Assembly (NCBI GenBank): GCA_965285935.1
Contig: OZ260667.1
Coordinates: forward strand, 61,008,001 to 61,072,000
Direction of reading: 5' to 3'
Origin: Ophelia neglecta
Taxonomy: Eukaryota
DNA length: 64,000 bases
Shown here: positions 33,820 through 47,534 of the stretch, in pieces
Layout of the letters: each line of letters starts with the position of its first letter
Position numbering within the stretch: the first letter of the stretch is position 1
Program-made: the position numbers and the translations under genes
The notes under the pieces: generated by a model
The model's input: the letters and a program-made list of their open reading frames with translations, nothing else
Database searches by the model: none
What the model was told of the DNA's origin: nothing

Positions 33820-34649
33820 GGGATGGGGGAGGTAGGAGGGAGGGAGGGGATGCCGGGGGTGCAGGGTGAGGGGTGGAAGAGTGTGGTGGGGGGAGGTAGG
33901 AGGGAGGGAGGGGATGCTGGGGGTGCAGGGTTAGGGGAGGTAGAGTCTGGTGGGGGAGGTAGGAGGGAGGGAGGGGAGGCTGGGGGTGCAGGGTGAGGGG
34001 AGGTAGAGTCTGGTGGGGGGAGGTAGGAGGGAGGGAGGGGATGCTAGGGGGGCAGGGTTAGGGGAGGTAGAGTCTGGTGGGGGAGGTAGGAGGGAGGGAG
34101 GGGAGGCTGGGGGTGCAGGGTGAGGGGAGGTAGAGTCTGGTGGGGGGAGGTAGGAGGGAGGGAAGGCTTGGGGTGTAGAGTGAGGGGAGGTAGAGTCTGG
34201 TGGGGGAGGTAGGAGGGAGGGTGGGGATGCTGGGGGTGCAGGGTGAGGGGAGGTAGAGTCTGGTGGGGGGAGGTAGGAGGGAGGGAGGGGAGGCTGGGGG
34301 TGCAGGGTGAGGGGTGGAAGAGTGTGGTGGGGGGAGGTAGGAGGGAGGGAGGGGATGCTGGGGGTGCAGGGTTAGGGGAGGTAGAGTCTGGTGGGGGAGG
34401 TAGGAGGGAGGGAGGGGAGGCTGGGGGTGCAGGGTGAGGGGAGGTAGAGTCTGGTGGGGGGAGGTAGGAGGGAGGGAGGGGATGCTGGGGGTGCAGGGTG
34501 AGGGGTGGAAGAGTCAGGTGGGGGGGAGGTAGGAATGAGGGAGGGGAGGCTGGGGGTGTAGAGTGAGGGGAGGTAGAGTCTGGTGGGGGAGGTAGGAGGG
34601 AGGGAGGGGAGGCTGGGGGTGCATGGTGAGGGCAGGTAGAGTCTGGTGG
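33820..34649. repeat. G-rich ~63-bp minisatellite, ~13 copies, G-quadruplex-prone
   Basis: TAGAGTCTGG recurs at 33941 and 34004; several GGG+ runs per unit; extreme G/C strand skew. Confidence 0.95.
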
Positions 34650-37600
34650 CTTGGTTACTGGAAAGAAGATAGAAAGGAGCATCTTTTATGGACTATACTT
34701 TGAATGTTAATTATTTTATGTATTATAGTAGGTGTTCGGTTTTATTAACTGGATGCTATAACTTCTTATATCATGGAATTCGATTTATGCTTCATAAGCC
34801 ACTTTGAAGTTAATCTTCCTGAGAACAAAGCATCAAACTCCATCTTTAATAACCTCAGCTAATTTCGTCCTCTCATCGAAGCAGCTTATTACCGTATCAT
34901 CTCCAGAGATAGGATGCCTCTAAGGCCGAATTATAGCCCACAAAACCATTTAATGCTCTGCTCGAGATAATTATTAGTTTTGTAATAATCTGCTCAGTGA
35001 ATCTTTTGAGTGTGTATTGTGTTCGATTTGATTTCTGAGATGGAGTGAAGCAGGCTAAGTAGTAATAATACATTATAAAAGGATTTGATGTCTGTTTCTG
35101 AGGTGCTACCATTCAGATTAAAAACAGTTTATAATGATAGGTAAGCAGCAATGTGTATTCTTCTCGGATCTCTTCCCAGGCAAAAGCATCATATCGATTT
35201 GGCCCTGCCCGTAGCTTAACCAGACAGTTTTAAGGGGCAACACAAAACGCACCAAGATTGCAAGTGTACGACGTGTGGCTGCTCCTCGAATGGCTTGTTT
35301 AACACGAAACGCGGATATGTGTTTAACTCAGACATGCAAGTTAGGGATTTATCAGGACAATATATGGATTTAATGATGCCATTTTAGATCATTTTCATGG
35401 AAACCTGAAGGCTTTTCACGCAAGAAATAAGAGGTATTTGACACATTTGTTTGGTTAAGTGTATTAATGGTGTTCCGTTCAAACCTAATATAGCGTGTAT
35501 ACCGTAATATACTGAGAACCAATGTCACTGCACCGACTTGGGTGTTAACCATAACAATGATAGTGTTAGAACAAACAACAAAGATGTAGTGACCCATGTC
35601 TAATACCCCCAAGTTTCAGGACGATGACTTCATCGGACTAACTAACGGACATAATTGTCTGCACGCACTTATGGTAGCTCCCCGTACTCAGCGCTGCGGT
35701 GTTTTGCTTTCAAATATGATATTTCAGGGCATTGCTATGCTATGATATGTGCTGTGATCTTAACAACGTTCTATCACAGACGGCAGGGTCACAGTATCCC
35801 AGACATCGGATTAACTAACGGCCATAATTGTCTGCACGCACTTATATACCTTTAGACGGGGTGTGTTTGGCAGCTCAAATTGCTATTGGCTTAGAGTAGC
35901 TTCCTGTTTTCAGAGCTTCGCTGTTTGGCGCTGCGCTGCGAGAGAACAACATACCTTCCCTAACCCACGTGACACGCCGCTCCCAGTGAATGACCTCGAA
36001 CACCAAGTCCAGTTTTAGCGGCATTATTTGAAATGCAGAAGAAATTGGCTTTTTGGATCAGTGGTAGCCATATTGCATCTAGTGTCACAATCTTAATGTT
36101 TGCATAGTAGTTTGATCCAGAGCCAGAGCAGCAATCTACAGCGCAGCGCTAAAGCGCCGAATACAGAGACCTTATATTGCATTATTGGACTAAAGAAGCT
36201 ACGCCCGCACTTTTAGGACCGTGAAAAACAGGTTTTCATCAGAAGTGCTTGTCTGTGTCTTCGTGTCCTGTTAATAAAAGTATAGCTTCCGCAATCAGCA
36301 AAACTATCGCGTTTTACCAAAAGGCAGCTACTCTAGTGGAAATTGACAGTGTCGACTAGGATCACAGAAGTCTAAACTGGATAGGACAGTAGTTGTAGTG
36401 GCTGATACTATATTTGCTTTGTCTGCCGGTTGTCCACTTCCTATTATCTTTACCTTTGGTAATACGGTCTGTGGCCGTTCGTACAGACCAAAAATGAAAC
36501 TTTCAAAGCCAACACATTAGGTGCATCACTCGCGAATCATTCTGATTTGAGAACTCTAATGACCTCTTAATAAAAGTCTGTCTATGAATAGCCTCCTATT
36601 TGTTTACCATCCTGAAGGTGCCAAACTCAAATATCACCATACCAATTTGACACTATTGACGGATGAGAAATCTACAAGAAATGCATAATTCAGTTTCGTT
36701 TGATTAAAGCACCTACTTTGCATCGTCGTAGTATTATCCAGCACTTCTTACAAATGTTTCATCCTCTTTTCTGTATTCCGCTTATTGACAATATTTCTTC
36801 CTACCTGTGGGGATTATAATACTGCTAGTCATCCAGCGGCTCGTGTGTGAGCCCAAAGGTTCATCTATCGGCCCCGAGCGTAGTGTAGCGGAGCGAGGAG
36901 CCAAGACTAGAAGTCGTGCTACAACGGAAACATTACTGATCAAATTCCCAATTAAGTTTGTAAAAATAGCAAGTGGTGAAAATACTATATTTTCTATCCT
37001 CTTTGACGTGACACAATTGATCATCAAATTGATGACGTCACTCCTATATTTGCTTTCTCTCCAGGCTAGTATTGCGCGTTTAGGGTTGACCTCACAGTGA
37101 CATAGATCGGCCCTCAAATCTTATCTCTTTTATTTATCCGCCATTATATAAAGGAGTAGACGTCTGCATGCCATAGGGCCCGATTTATGCATAAAATGTG
37201 ATATACCCTCATAAACAACATTTGCCATGTACAAAGGCACACACAAGATACAGGTACACGTCTATGCTTTTAGACAAATGACAGTTGGCCCAAATTACAA
37301 TCCATCCGCTTCAAGGAAGGGACGTGAATAAATAAATGCATTTACAGTTCTCCGGGGGCGTCAATGTGCGTAATTGGCTTTCAAACATGATATTTCAGAG
37401 TGCTGCTATGCTATGATAGGTGTTGTTATCTTAACGACGATCTTTCACAGACGACAGGGTCACAGTATCCAAGACAATTTGTATCGCACCAGACAATTTG
37501 TACTTTGATGTGCATGAAAAGAAATAACACCCGTAGGTTCTGTAGAAACACCTGAGATAAAAATACGACTTTTAACAAGCTGGAAGTGCCCAAAGTTGTG

Positions 37601-38780
37601 TCTATTTCCGTCATCCATCGGTTTGAAAATCTGGACATATAAAAATGAGAATAAAATATCCGTCTGTCGGAAAAATTGCCTGTCTACGGTTCGTAAGATC
37701 CTGTATTTATAACCATTAGCGATAAGAGTCCTTGAGTAGGCTGTACTCTGGCCGACGTAGCCAAATAAACAAGTCGTACGCCTGTGGCGGGGTTAAATAG
37801 GGGGAATTATTGACTTTAGTGAAAAGCACAGTTTGTATAAGTTACAAAGAATATTACATATACAACGTTCCAAGTCCATTTGGCTTATTTGTCACTACAT
37901 AGATTATATACTACTTCACCAAGGATGATTAGCACACGTTTAGTTATAAACGGTCCTGTTATTAATAATGTTTGCCATGTCTCGGGATTGAAACTGAACT
38001 TCACATAGACGGATGCACTGAGCGATCGTGAACTGTTAAAAAAGATGTAATCATTCTCGTTAATGGCCATTGTCTTAACTGTTTTGAGACAAATTACCTT
38101 TTTTCTCATACCAGCTTCAAACGAAGTCAACCAAAATAATGTTTATCACGTCTTTATGTCATTTTCCCATTGGATACAGCTAAACCCGACTCTTGCAGGC
38201 TTCGCAGGGATGATCAAGCAACTCGTTTGCAGGAGCCTGTGCCTACACTATAACGTATAGCATGCACTACGTTCTGGAATAAAGCTTCGTGATGACAACA
38301 GTTATCGGGCTCCGCTCTAATGGCAGACCTTGTATGTTTGTAATAGGAGGCGAATTAATAAAAAAACATACAATTACTACTGTTGTTATCGGAATTGGAG
38401 ATTCACATGACAGCGGAGAGACGCTGCATTGGGCATGCAGCTGATTGTATGGGGTAGCAATCTGTGGGCTTTAAACGGCGTGCCCTCTTGTCGTTTTCTT
38501 GGAAACAGGAGATTATTTTTAGTCGTGAAGCATGACTACAGCCATCATTGTAATGATGTAAGGATATTATCCAAGTGTCTGTATGTTGTAAGTGTTGGAC
38601 AACCGAGTCAATTGCAGCCCCAAGCCATGAGTAACTATAGAGTTATACACTAAGAACTTGGGAATGCGAAAAATTTTCCCACCTAACTATAACTACGTGA
38701 ACTATAATGATCTCTCCGTCTCATACCGGGGGAAGCCAAGTAGAATATGCACTCCGGGGTTAAAAATGACCTTTATTCGT

Positions 38781-38962
38781 CATCCACAGCCCTTATCATG
38801 TCGACACGACATTAGTAAATATCCACACCCCCAGCATGTCGACATGACATGTGTAAATATCCACACCCCCAGCATTTCGACATTACGTGTAAATATCCAC
38901 ACCCCCAGCATGTCGACATGACATGTGTAAATATCCACACCCCCAGCATGTCGACGTTACAT
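38781..38962. repeat. 38-bp minisatellite (GTAAATATCCACACCCCCAGCATGTCGACATGACATGT), ~4-5 copies
   Basis: Units start at 38815 and 38853. Confidence 0.9.
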
Positions 38963-40825
38963 TTGAGCTACAATATCGGAATGAAAAATATGACTATATG
39001 AATGTATTTGAATGTGTTTAGGATCAAAGAAGGACCTTATGCTTTACACAGGGAGTAGGAGTTCATTGAATTACCAAACGGGCATTAATGTCGATAAAAA
39101 TTAGTTTGGAATACACAGTGGGAGGCCAGAAATCTGTCCGCTACCAATTCCGACACCGAGAGAAGAATTTGATAACACCTCGCTCTCGCCCGTCTGACCC
39201 AGCAACTCTAGTCGCTAGTCGCTGAAGTAACAAATAACGGTAATTATGCCAAACTCGATGGAAATAACGGAGAAGACATACGTCTATGTTCCATTGATTA
39301 CAAACAAGGCATAAACTCTTCTCATATATTAATAAATGGAAGCAAATCATGTCTCCGTCTCATTGCTAAGTTTTCAATTATACTATAGAATATTCTTCAT
39401 TTCCTTTTGCGTTCGCTGCAATTTTCCATGAATGGGTTTTCCATTAGGATAAACCTCTCATACAATTTCTATGTTATCAAAGTTGCATGGCATTTCCATA
39501 ATGGAGACAAAATTGTGAAACTATTCAGGCACACATATACTTCTGATTTCACACGGGCCAACTTCAAAAGATGCAATTTTTCTTTCCTTCTGGCGTAATT
39601 GGCTGGCTTCCAAGTATTACCTTTATATGGATTTATGCGAAGTATGTATTGTGTGATGGCAGTACATCATCCTGACTGCTTTATACTGAGGTACTATCAC
39701 AGTAGATATTTGCCATTATATCTGATATTAGTGTCAAAGTAGGCGAATATTTCAAAAGATTAATCATTTGAAAGACTTTTCAGTATGAAAAAAGCAAATA
39801 GCTGTTAAAATATCCACACAACCAGCAGTTAGTCTGATCTACCGTCATCAGGCGCCTCCGCTTAATTTGCCGTAAACCTGCGTCTACTCCTAAGCCACTA
39901 TACACCTTTGCCTTCGCCTAATCGTCTACGAGTATGGACAAAAGTCAAAATAGACAGTTTGAAGGAAGGTTAAATTCTGTTTTTTATTATCTTTCGGTTG
40001 ACGAAATCAGTCGCTTCTGGAAGCGGTGGGTAAAAATCAACGGTGTATCCAGCCCTAGGCTCTGTCGGTCGTTGCTATTATTAAAATAAGGGAAAGGGAA
40101 TTTGAACAAGATCAATCAATAAATCTAATGGTACATGACTGAAAGCTAATCTTTAGGCTAAGATTTCTGACCATTTTTTTATACAACCAAGCTGGTTGTA
40201 AATAAATATGGCCCTTGAGATGCCCGGGTGTACACGGAAATCTTTTGAGGGAATGTAGACCGTGGTAAGTTCGGTGTTGAAATGTTCACTCTCCCTGAAC
40301 TGACTCCGTGGATATTGTGGTCGCTCTACTGTCACGATAAGTTGCCTTCCAGGCCTTAAACCCCATTTTAAATTTCGTTGCATGGTTTCATCAGCTGCTA
40401 GTCGTTATATCCATCTGTTCCATGGATGCTCATTCCCGTGAGCGACACTAAAAGCCATTACCTTACCAGAGTCAGCGCATGGGTATACTGAGAGAGAAAT
40501 ACGACAGGAACAGTGTCCTACAAGTCATACTCCAACAGGGCATGATTTGCCAAACTGTGGGATCGGTTTCTGGAAGTGGTCTTAAGTTTAGTTTCACTAA
40601 ATAAATGTACGTTAATATTCGACATTATGTACTAGTTCTTACTCTTGCCTTGCGTTTCTCTTCCTCTGAAATCATCACTGAGACCTATGTACACATGAAG
40701 ATAACTAGTTTTTTCATGTGGAAATATATTATCCAACTGCAACGTTTAGATCCTCATTTTGGGCGACTCTGATACACTCATACCTTCATTGCAGACCTCA
40801 TCTCTGGTCCGCCTGAATCTTAACG

Positions 40826-41135
40826 TTTTAGGATGCGCTCATAATGCGGTAAGATGTGGTCTCAGCGGTAAGATGTGAGCACAATGTGTTTAGACGTGGT
40901 CAGAATGTTTTAAGACGTGGTTACAATGTATTTAGATGTGTTTACAATGTGTTTAGATGTGTTTACAATGTGCTTAGATGTGTTTACAATGTGTTTAGAT
41001 GTGGTTACAATGTGTTTAGATATGGTTTTAATGTGTTTAGATGTGGTCACAATGTGTTTAGATGTGGTCACAATGTGTATAGACGTTGTCGCAATGAATT
41101 TAGATACATACATTATGGGTTTAGATGCGTTCAAA
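40826..41135. repeat. 21-bp minisatellite (TTTAGATGTGGTTACAATGTG), ~14 copies with degenerate edges
   Basis: Direct repetition; 7-aa periodic ORFs on both strands. Confidence 0.9.
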
Positions 41136-41479
41136 ACGCACTTGCCCAGGCAACACATCTATAACATTGTGCTATTCAATATCCATGACCACTACCTTAA
41201 AAGCGTTCGAATCCCCTAATAGATATATATGTGACAAGATCAATTGTACAAATGACGAATATTAATAATCAATCACCGAGCCAATTCTCTACTTTGACCT
41301 GCAGAGTAAACACCAGGGGAAGCAGGAAAGGCATGGTAGAGACGAGAAACAGGTGTGGTATGAGAAGCAGTACAAGCGAGGGGCAATACATCATAAGAAA
41401 TACATTTGACGAGTAATCCATCAGAAGGTGTACATGAGAAGATTATTCCATCATACCTTAAATTGCCTTAGGACTTCTG

Positions 41480-41668
41480 GGTGGGGTTTCTAGAAGTAAT
41501 ATTGTGCTGAATCGATCGTAACTAGAGGCTGGGTTGGTCTTTAACCTAACAATTTGCGTCGTAAACTTAATCCTGGTTAATAAATACACCAATTAACGCG
41601 GTCTCACAACTATTCCGCATTAGACTAATAAAGTCTCTAATCTTACGATTGCTTCTAGAAACCGGGCC
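41480..41668. mobile_element. MITE, same probable PIF/Harbinger-type family as 15351-15587
   Basis: TIRs GGTGGGGTTTCTAGAAG / CTTCTAGAAACCGGGCC; CTG on both flanks (41477-41479, 41669-41671); shares internal AAACTTAATCCTGGT. Confidence 0.75.
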
Positions 41669-41685
41669 CTGATGGATTAGCTATT

Positions 41686-41745
41686 TTCTGACACATCCTG
41701 ACACATTCTGACACATCCGGACACATTCTGACACATTCTGACACA
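41686..41745. repeat. 10-bp repeat (TTCTGACACA)x6
   Basis: Direct repetition, bracketed by AGCTATTTT on both sides. Confidence 0.85.
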
Positions 41746-43244
41746 GCTATTTTGCTCCATATAAACGCAACATTAACAAAACATCGGTTTTTTGACGTTA
41801 TAGGCCTTCGGCTCCATTTGGTACGACTCAATGGACTACTGCTGATTAATGACTTGGGGTTGTCTGCCGTCTGTGCACTCCCATCTGTCTTGATGTCGGA
41901 GTGTTGATGGGGTATGCTTAATGGGAGGGGGCTCACAAAACCTGCTCATGCGGTTTTTGACAGGATTGGTTTGTATAATTCTTCCACCTTAATCGTTTCT
42001 GCCTACAAGAATTCTAATGAAGTGGTTCAAGGACATCTGACAATTCAGTAGTACCTTTAAGAACGGGAGTATATAGCGACCCGACAATGTAAAATCACTC
42101 ATACTGAGTTCGATTGAATAAACACGATATGTCAATACAAGCATTCCAATGGCCGACATATCTCACACCATATGGACTGGTGTCTCCTCAATAGCGTCCG
42201 TTCTAACCCATTCATCACCCTCTAGGACTAATAGAAGTCAAGTGGCAAGCAGCTCACTGTTGTTAAGTCATTCATTATATGTTTTATTCGACTCCAAGTA
42301 GTGACCAGAGGCATAGTCGGGGTTCCATATTCACATTGGTAATGATGCATGGTACCGGAGGGGCGAGCGGAGAGGACAATACATTAGTTGTCTGTCATTT
42401 GAGTGGGTTGTGTCTTTGTTCTACGTGAACTAATAAGCCAATATGTTTGTTAGGTGTGAGCTCGTGTAAAAGTTTCAGTTGGCGGGGTGAGTTTTTTAGA
42501 ATTTGAATACACTTCTGTTTGTTGTCTTGGAGGTCGCAATGATAAATCGTTCCCCTTACTACAGAATCCTATAATGTATGAAGACGCTGGATAGTCTTGC
42601 CTGCATAAATGTCCAGATAAATACTATCAAACCGTCTAGTGGACAGTATTTTGGACCGATGCAATAGTTATTTAAGTACTGACTTTAAAAACCTTTTTTT
42701 CTCGATAACAAACGAAAAAAACTGTTTTACAGGGATTGCGGATTGAAAAATATCTTCAAGTTGATTTGCATAGCGAGTCTTGTCAAATAATAATATCCAA
42801 AACCATATTAACTTCAGGTATTTAAGGATGAACCTTCTGGTATGGCAGGCATCTTGGCAGTGCTTCAGCCTTTGAATGTGTCATCCTCTTTTGATTTTAT
42901 CACAGTTTTACCTTTACCGTTCCACACTGTTGTCTTCTTGATACACCCACAGTGTGGTGCTGTTGCAATTAAAATAACCGCATAATTCTAGTGCCGCAGT
43001 GTGATTCACGTTTGACTAAATAACTATAACTGGTATACTACAGGAATTCCTTCTGTCAAGAAAATATGTATTCTTCGAACCGTGAAACCATTTCATGAAA
43101 AATGCTCTTGAAAAAGTCTAAAACTTTTGTCTGTCTTGCAAGTTCGACATATCTTTATCAACCACTCGTGGCATGTTAAGAAACCATCCAAATGTTTATT
43201 GATATGCTTTATAGAAATCCCAATTTATTGCCCCTGCTTGATAA

Positions 43245-43658
43245 TATACCAGCCAAAAGTATTTAGTACTAGAAGTAGTAGTATACAAGCCAAAAGTATT
43301 TAGTACTAGAAGTAGTAGTATACCAGCCGAAAGTATTTAGTACTAGAAGTAGTAGTATACCAGCCAAAAGTATTTAGTACTAGAAGTAGTAGTATACCAG
43401 CCAAAAGTATTTAGTACTAGAAGTAGTAGTATACCAGCCAAAAGTATTTAGTACTAGAAGTAGTAGTATACCAGCCAAAAGTATTTAGTACTAGAAGTAG
43501 TAGTATACCAGCCAAAAGTATTTAGTACTAGAAGTAGTAGTATACCAGCCAAAAGTATTTAGTACTAGATGTAGTAGTATACCAGCCAAAAGTATTTAGT
43601 ACTAGAAGTAGTAGTATACCAGCCAAAAGTATTTAGTACTAGAAGTAGTAGTATTTAG
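43245..43658. repeat. 37-bp near-perfect minisatellite (CCAGCCAAAAGTATTTAGTACTAGAAGTAGTAGTATA), ~11 copies
   Basis: Units start at 43323 and 43360; very few variants, so probably recent. Confidence 0.97.
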
Positions 43659-46600
43659 TTTTTATTGTCTCATATCTCACTTATTTATTATTCATTAATA
43701 TCCATTAATTTATACACAGATACCTGAAACATGTGTGCTACATTAATCAATATTAAACCTGGATATTGATGTTTAAGCGTCCTTTCTGTTGTTATAGCCT
43801 CTTAAAATTATCGGGGCAAATTATTGACTACATTTAATAGATTAACCTATCGGTTACATACAACAATTGTTAAATTCAAAAAATTCTAGGAAATATCTAA
43901 TCGCTTTAAATATCAAATTAAATTCAGTATATGCCATCTTTTTCAGTGATAATCTTACGCGGATGAAGCAGACCAAACCGTAATCTGTTTCAATTTAGTG
44001 TGGAAGAACAAGCCTCGAACCAACTCATAAAGTCCGCAGAATGGCTGTCATATAATCCTACATTGACCGCGATAACAATAACAATGAGCTTATAAACATC
44101 ATCACTCTGCTCGAGAAGGAACCAGGATTCTTGATCTCGGCAGGTCATTATTGACTTCATTACTACAATCTCCTTTACTTCTGTATTCATAACAGCAGAC
44201 ACGTGTTATCTCAATCCACCAGGCTGTCTCATCTGGGACGTGTATACGTAATATATTTGTAACAAGCCTTCTCAGATGTAAATGAGGTTTGCTGGCTTCA
44301 ACAGATAAGCTTTGATATGATTGTTTGTTCTTTATTTGATGAGGATGTTAATAACATCACCTTTGCAGTTCCTACTTTCACAATGATTACAAGACGGATC
44401 ACTTACAGCAAGTTATAAGTTCATTATATGATAATCTGGCCTTGTGCTGTGCAAGGAACGAGACCAATTGATCATCAAACTCATTTTCCAGGCACCTACT
44501 TTTGCCAACATATTCATCTGGTGAGCCAGGCACTGTGCAATAGCATAATGGCATAGAACGACTGTTGCTAACTCCGTGCAAACGCTTACAGGACATATCC
44601 TGGCAAATTCTAGGTAGTTAAAGCGAATGTGTACACCCTCAGTTATTTCAACTTATTTAATTTATATTTAGTACTTACCCCTCTTAAATTATCACAACAT
44701 TTAAAATAGTTCTCTACAGTTCTACCACAAAAATATAAACTGGTATTTAAATTCCAATCTGTGCTGGCTACTCGATAGTTTGTCCGTTAATTCAATACAT
44801 TAAATGAATCTCTACATATTAGTATAAAAACCAATTCATCTAGCTGTCATTCAACAATAAACTGAGGCAGTTTTGACGACAACCTTTGCATTTCAGACTA
44901 TTTCTGGACTTTCCATACTATACAGTAAAATGTGTTGTTGAACCAAAATTAATTGTTCAAATTATTAAACTTGCATATTTTGCATATATCCAGAAATAAA
45001 TTTAGGCCTACCTGGCTCGCTTCTAGTTGTTTCTATTTCATTCTACATAGTCCGCCTAATCTATCATCAGCCGGTGAATCTACCCTCAACGGCGCCTACG
45101 CATAATCTATCAACAACCCGATTCATTCCCTAATATGCCACCAATCGGATTCTCCGCATAATCTAATATCACACGGTACCTTTGCCTAATCTACCATCAG
45201 ACAGCTTCTCCTTCTAATCGCACAATAGCAGGCACCTCTTTCTCTATCATCAAAGGCGCCTCCGTTTACTATATCAACAATCGGAGTCTTTCCTTAATAT
45301 ACCATCAATGGGATTCTCTGCATAATCTTTTATCACACGGTACCTTTTCCAACATGAACCGGCGTTCCTGCCTAACCTTCTGTAGGATATCATTTTAGCT
45401 GATTGGAGAGCGAGTACAAACCACAATGTGTTAACTAGCAAACAATGAGTGGTTTCTTTGAGCAGTTGGTTAATATCGATGTCATGTGGAGGGCGTGGCG
45501 CCGTCGGTCGTTGACATTATCAGACCCAGTGGAAGGATATTTAACAAGGAACAACCAATAAAACTAGCAGCAGATGCACGAAAGATAAAAAGCCTTTGCT
45601 AGGTGTCTGATTTTTGTTTTTTGTGTACATTTTTATTGGCTATATTCAAGATCACGTCCATGTCATCAATACTCTCCTGTCGTTTCCTGGTTACATCTTC
45701 TATAATAAGGAAAAAGGTCTAAATAACCCGAGGTGATAGTGGCCCCCTGTCATCTACTATATAATATAACATTAGGAGAATATATCCGTTAAAGTCCCAA
45801 TAAACACTTCCCTCACGAGTCAGCTCATGTACACACTAACGAGGAATGTTACAAGAACACATTTTTCGTCCTTCTTAAGAAGAGCATTCTTCCTCCACCC
45901 TTAACTTAATCTATTCCGCATGATAATTGAATAATATTTAATCACTGACATGGTGAGGTGTGACTTAGTTATCTACATATTTATCAGTGTATGCCAACAA
46001 ATCTATGGTGTATTTTGAAGTTGGACAATTATGCTGAATGCTTAGACTATATGACAGTTAATTATGGCCCATTCCACGGCTGCTCAGAGACGGACGGTTA
46101 TACAGCAAAGCTATGTGCTTGGTCAGCTGAGTTCCGTTGTTCGACTTCCCCCGAGGTAATTTTACTTAGGTTTAGATGTATACTGTCCTCACATCACGGC
46201 GTTACTTCTTGCAGGTTCACAGTCAGGGCGAGGCTATTAATGCCACTAATCTAATAACAACTCTATTCATAGTACAAACCTATAAATATTTGATTATGTT
46301 CAACCTCCAGATATCTGATATGTTTTAACAATGAGGGAATAATGTGGGTTTATTTGATATGTGCCATTTATTGTAATTGTGTTTCTGTGTTCTTGTAAAT
46401 CGGCGCATTGAGAAGATTCGATGCCTTCCGGAAGCCACGGAAGGCACGGGGGACACTAAATGTATGGAAATGTCACGAACGTAGTTAACCTTCTCAGACA
46501 CAATGGCTTTTATTTGACACGACATCGTCAGTCGTCTGCAGGAAACCTAGCTTTGACTGTGGCCGGCCTGACACTTGGGACGTCTTTAGTCCGGGTTTGG

Positions 46601-47534
46601 ATAACGTAGCAGACAAATTTGCTATGAAAATCCATAGCTTAGTTGTATGTTTTGACCCTAAGCACACAATTCATTTGTGTTAACATCCCTTTGTGGGAAG
46701 TATGTCTACTACTTCATCCACATATTGTTATCGTCTCTGGTGACCTAATTTTTAGCCCGCTTTTGTTTATATTTGTTAAAGATGAGATAAGAAAATATTG
46801 AATGGGTAAGATTATATTGGAAAAATGTTTATTGCACCATTTCAGCTTTTGTTGAATTCATAAAAAGGTAAACAACATTAATTGAAAAGATATTTATAAT
46901 CTTGTTTCCTTTCTATAACAGCCATTTCTCACTCTGTTGTTTCACTACAATATTTACTTCACAATGTCTAATGCGATGTAAATACAAATGTGTACCAGCC
47001 TACACCCACATACACACACTCACAGCCTCCTACACACAAAACGGGCCGTGCGGAGAATATGGCCTGGATAGTGTTTCCGGTTATAATCAGTTCCGATGTG
47101 GCGCAAGCCTTGTTTAGATGACGGATACAACAACGGCGGATATGGTATAAGCCTTGCTGAGATGAGGAAGCAACGCCTTTGCCAAGGGGAAAATATTATA
47201 CATCGTACTATCATTTGATGTCCTTTCGAACACCAATATCATTATTCATTGGTAGTGTAGTTAACTGTTCAAACAACAAAAGTAGATCACACTGTGAGCC
47301 GGATCGAATCACTACTAAGAAGTTTAAAGGCGTAATGGGAGGTACACACTGACGGTTTGTTGAAGGCGGGAATACAGGTCGAACGTCTGTAATAACCTTA
47401 GATATTCTCATGGATTAATCTCTTATTGACTCAACCTTCATTTCAAAGAGCCATCAGGAAAAGAACTCTTCATATTGTGGGCCTGCGCCTGAGGGCCATG
47501 AGAAATTCGTTCGATTTAAAGCATGATTCCTGTT

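Noticed and set aside
34044-34682. Extensin-like proline-rich protein
   Set aside because: Translation of the C-rich strand of the 63-bp minisatellite; unit-length variation shifts frame.
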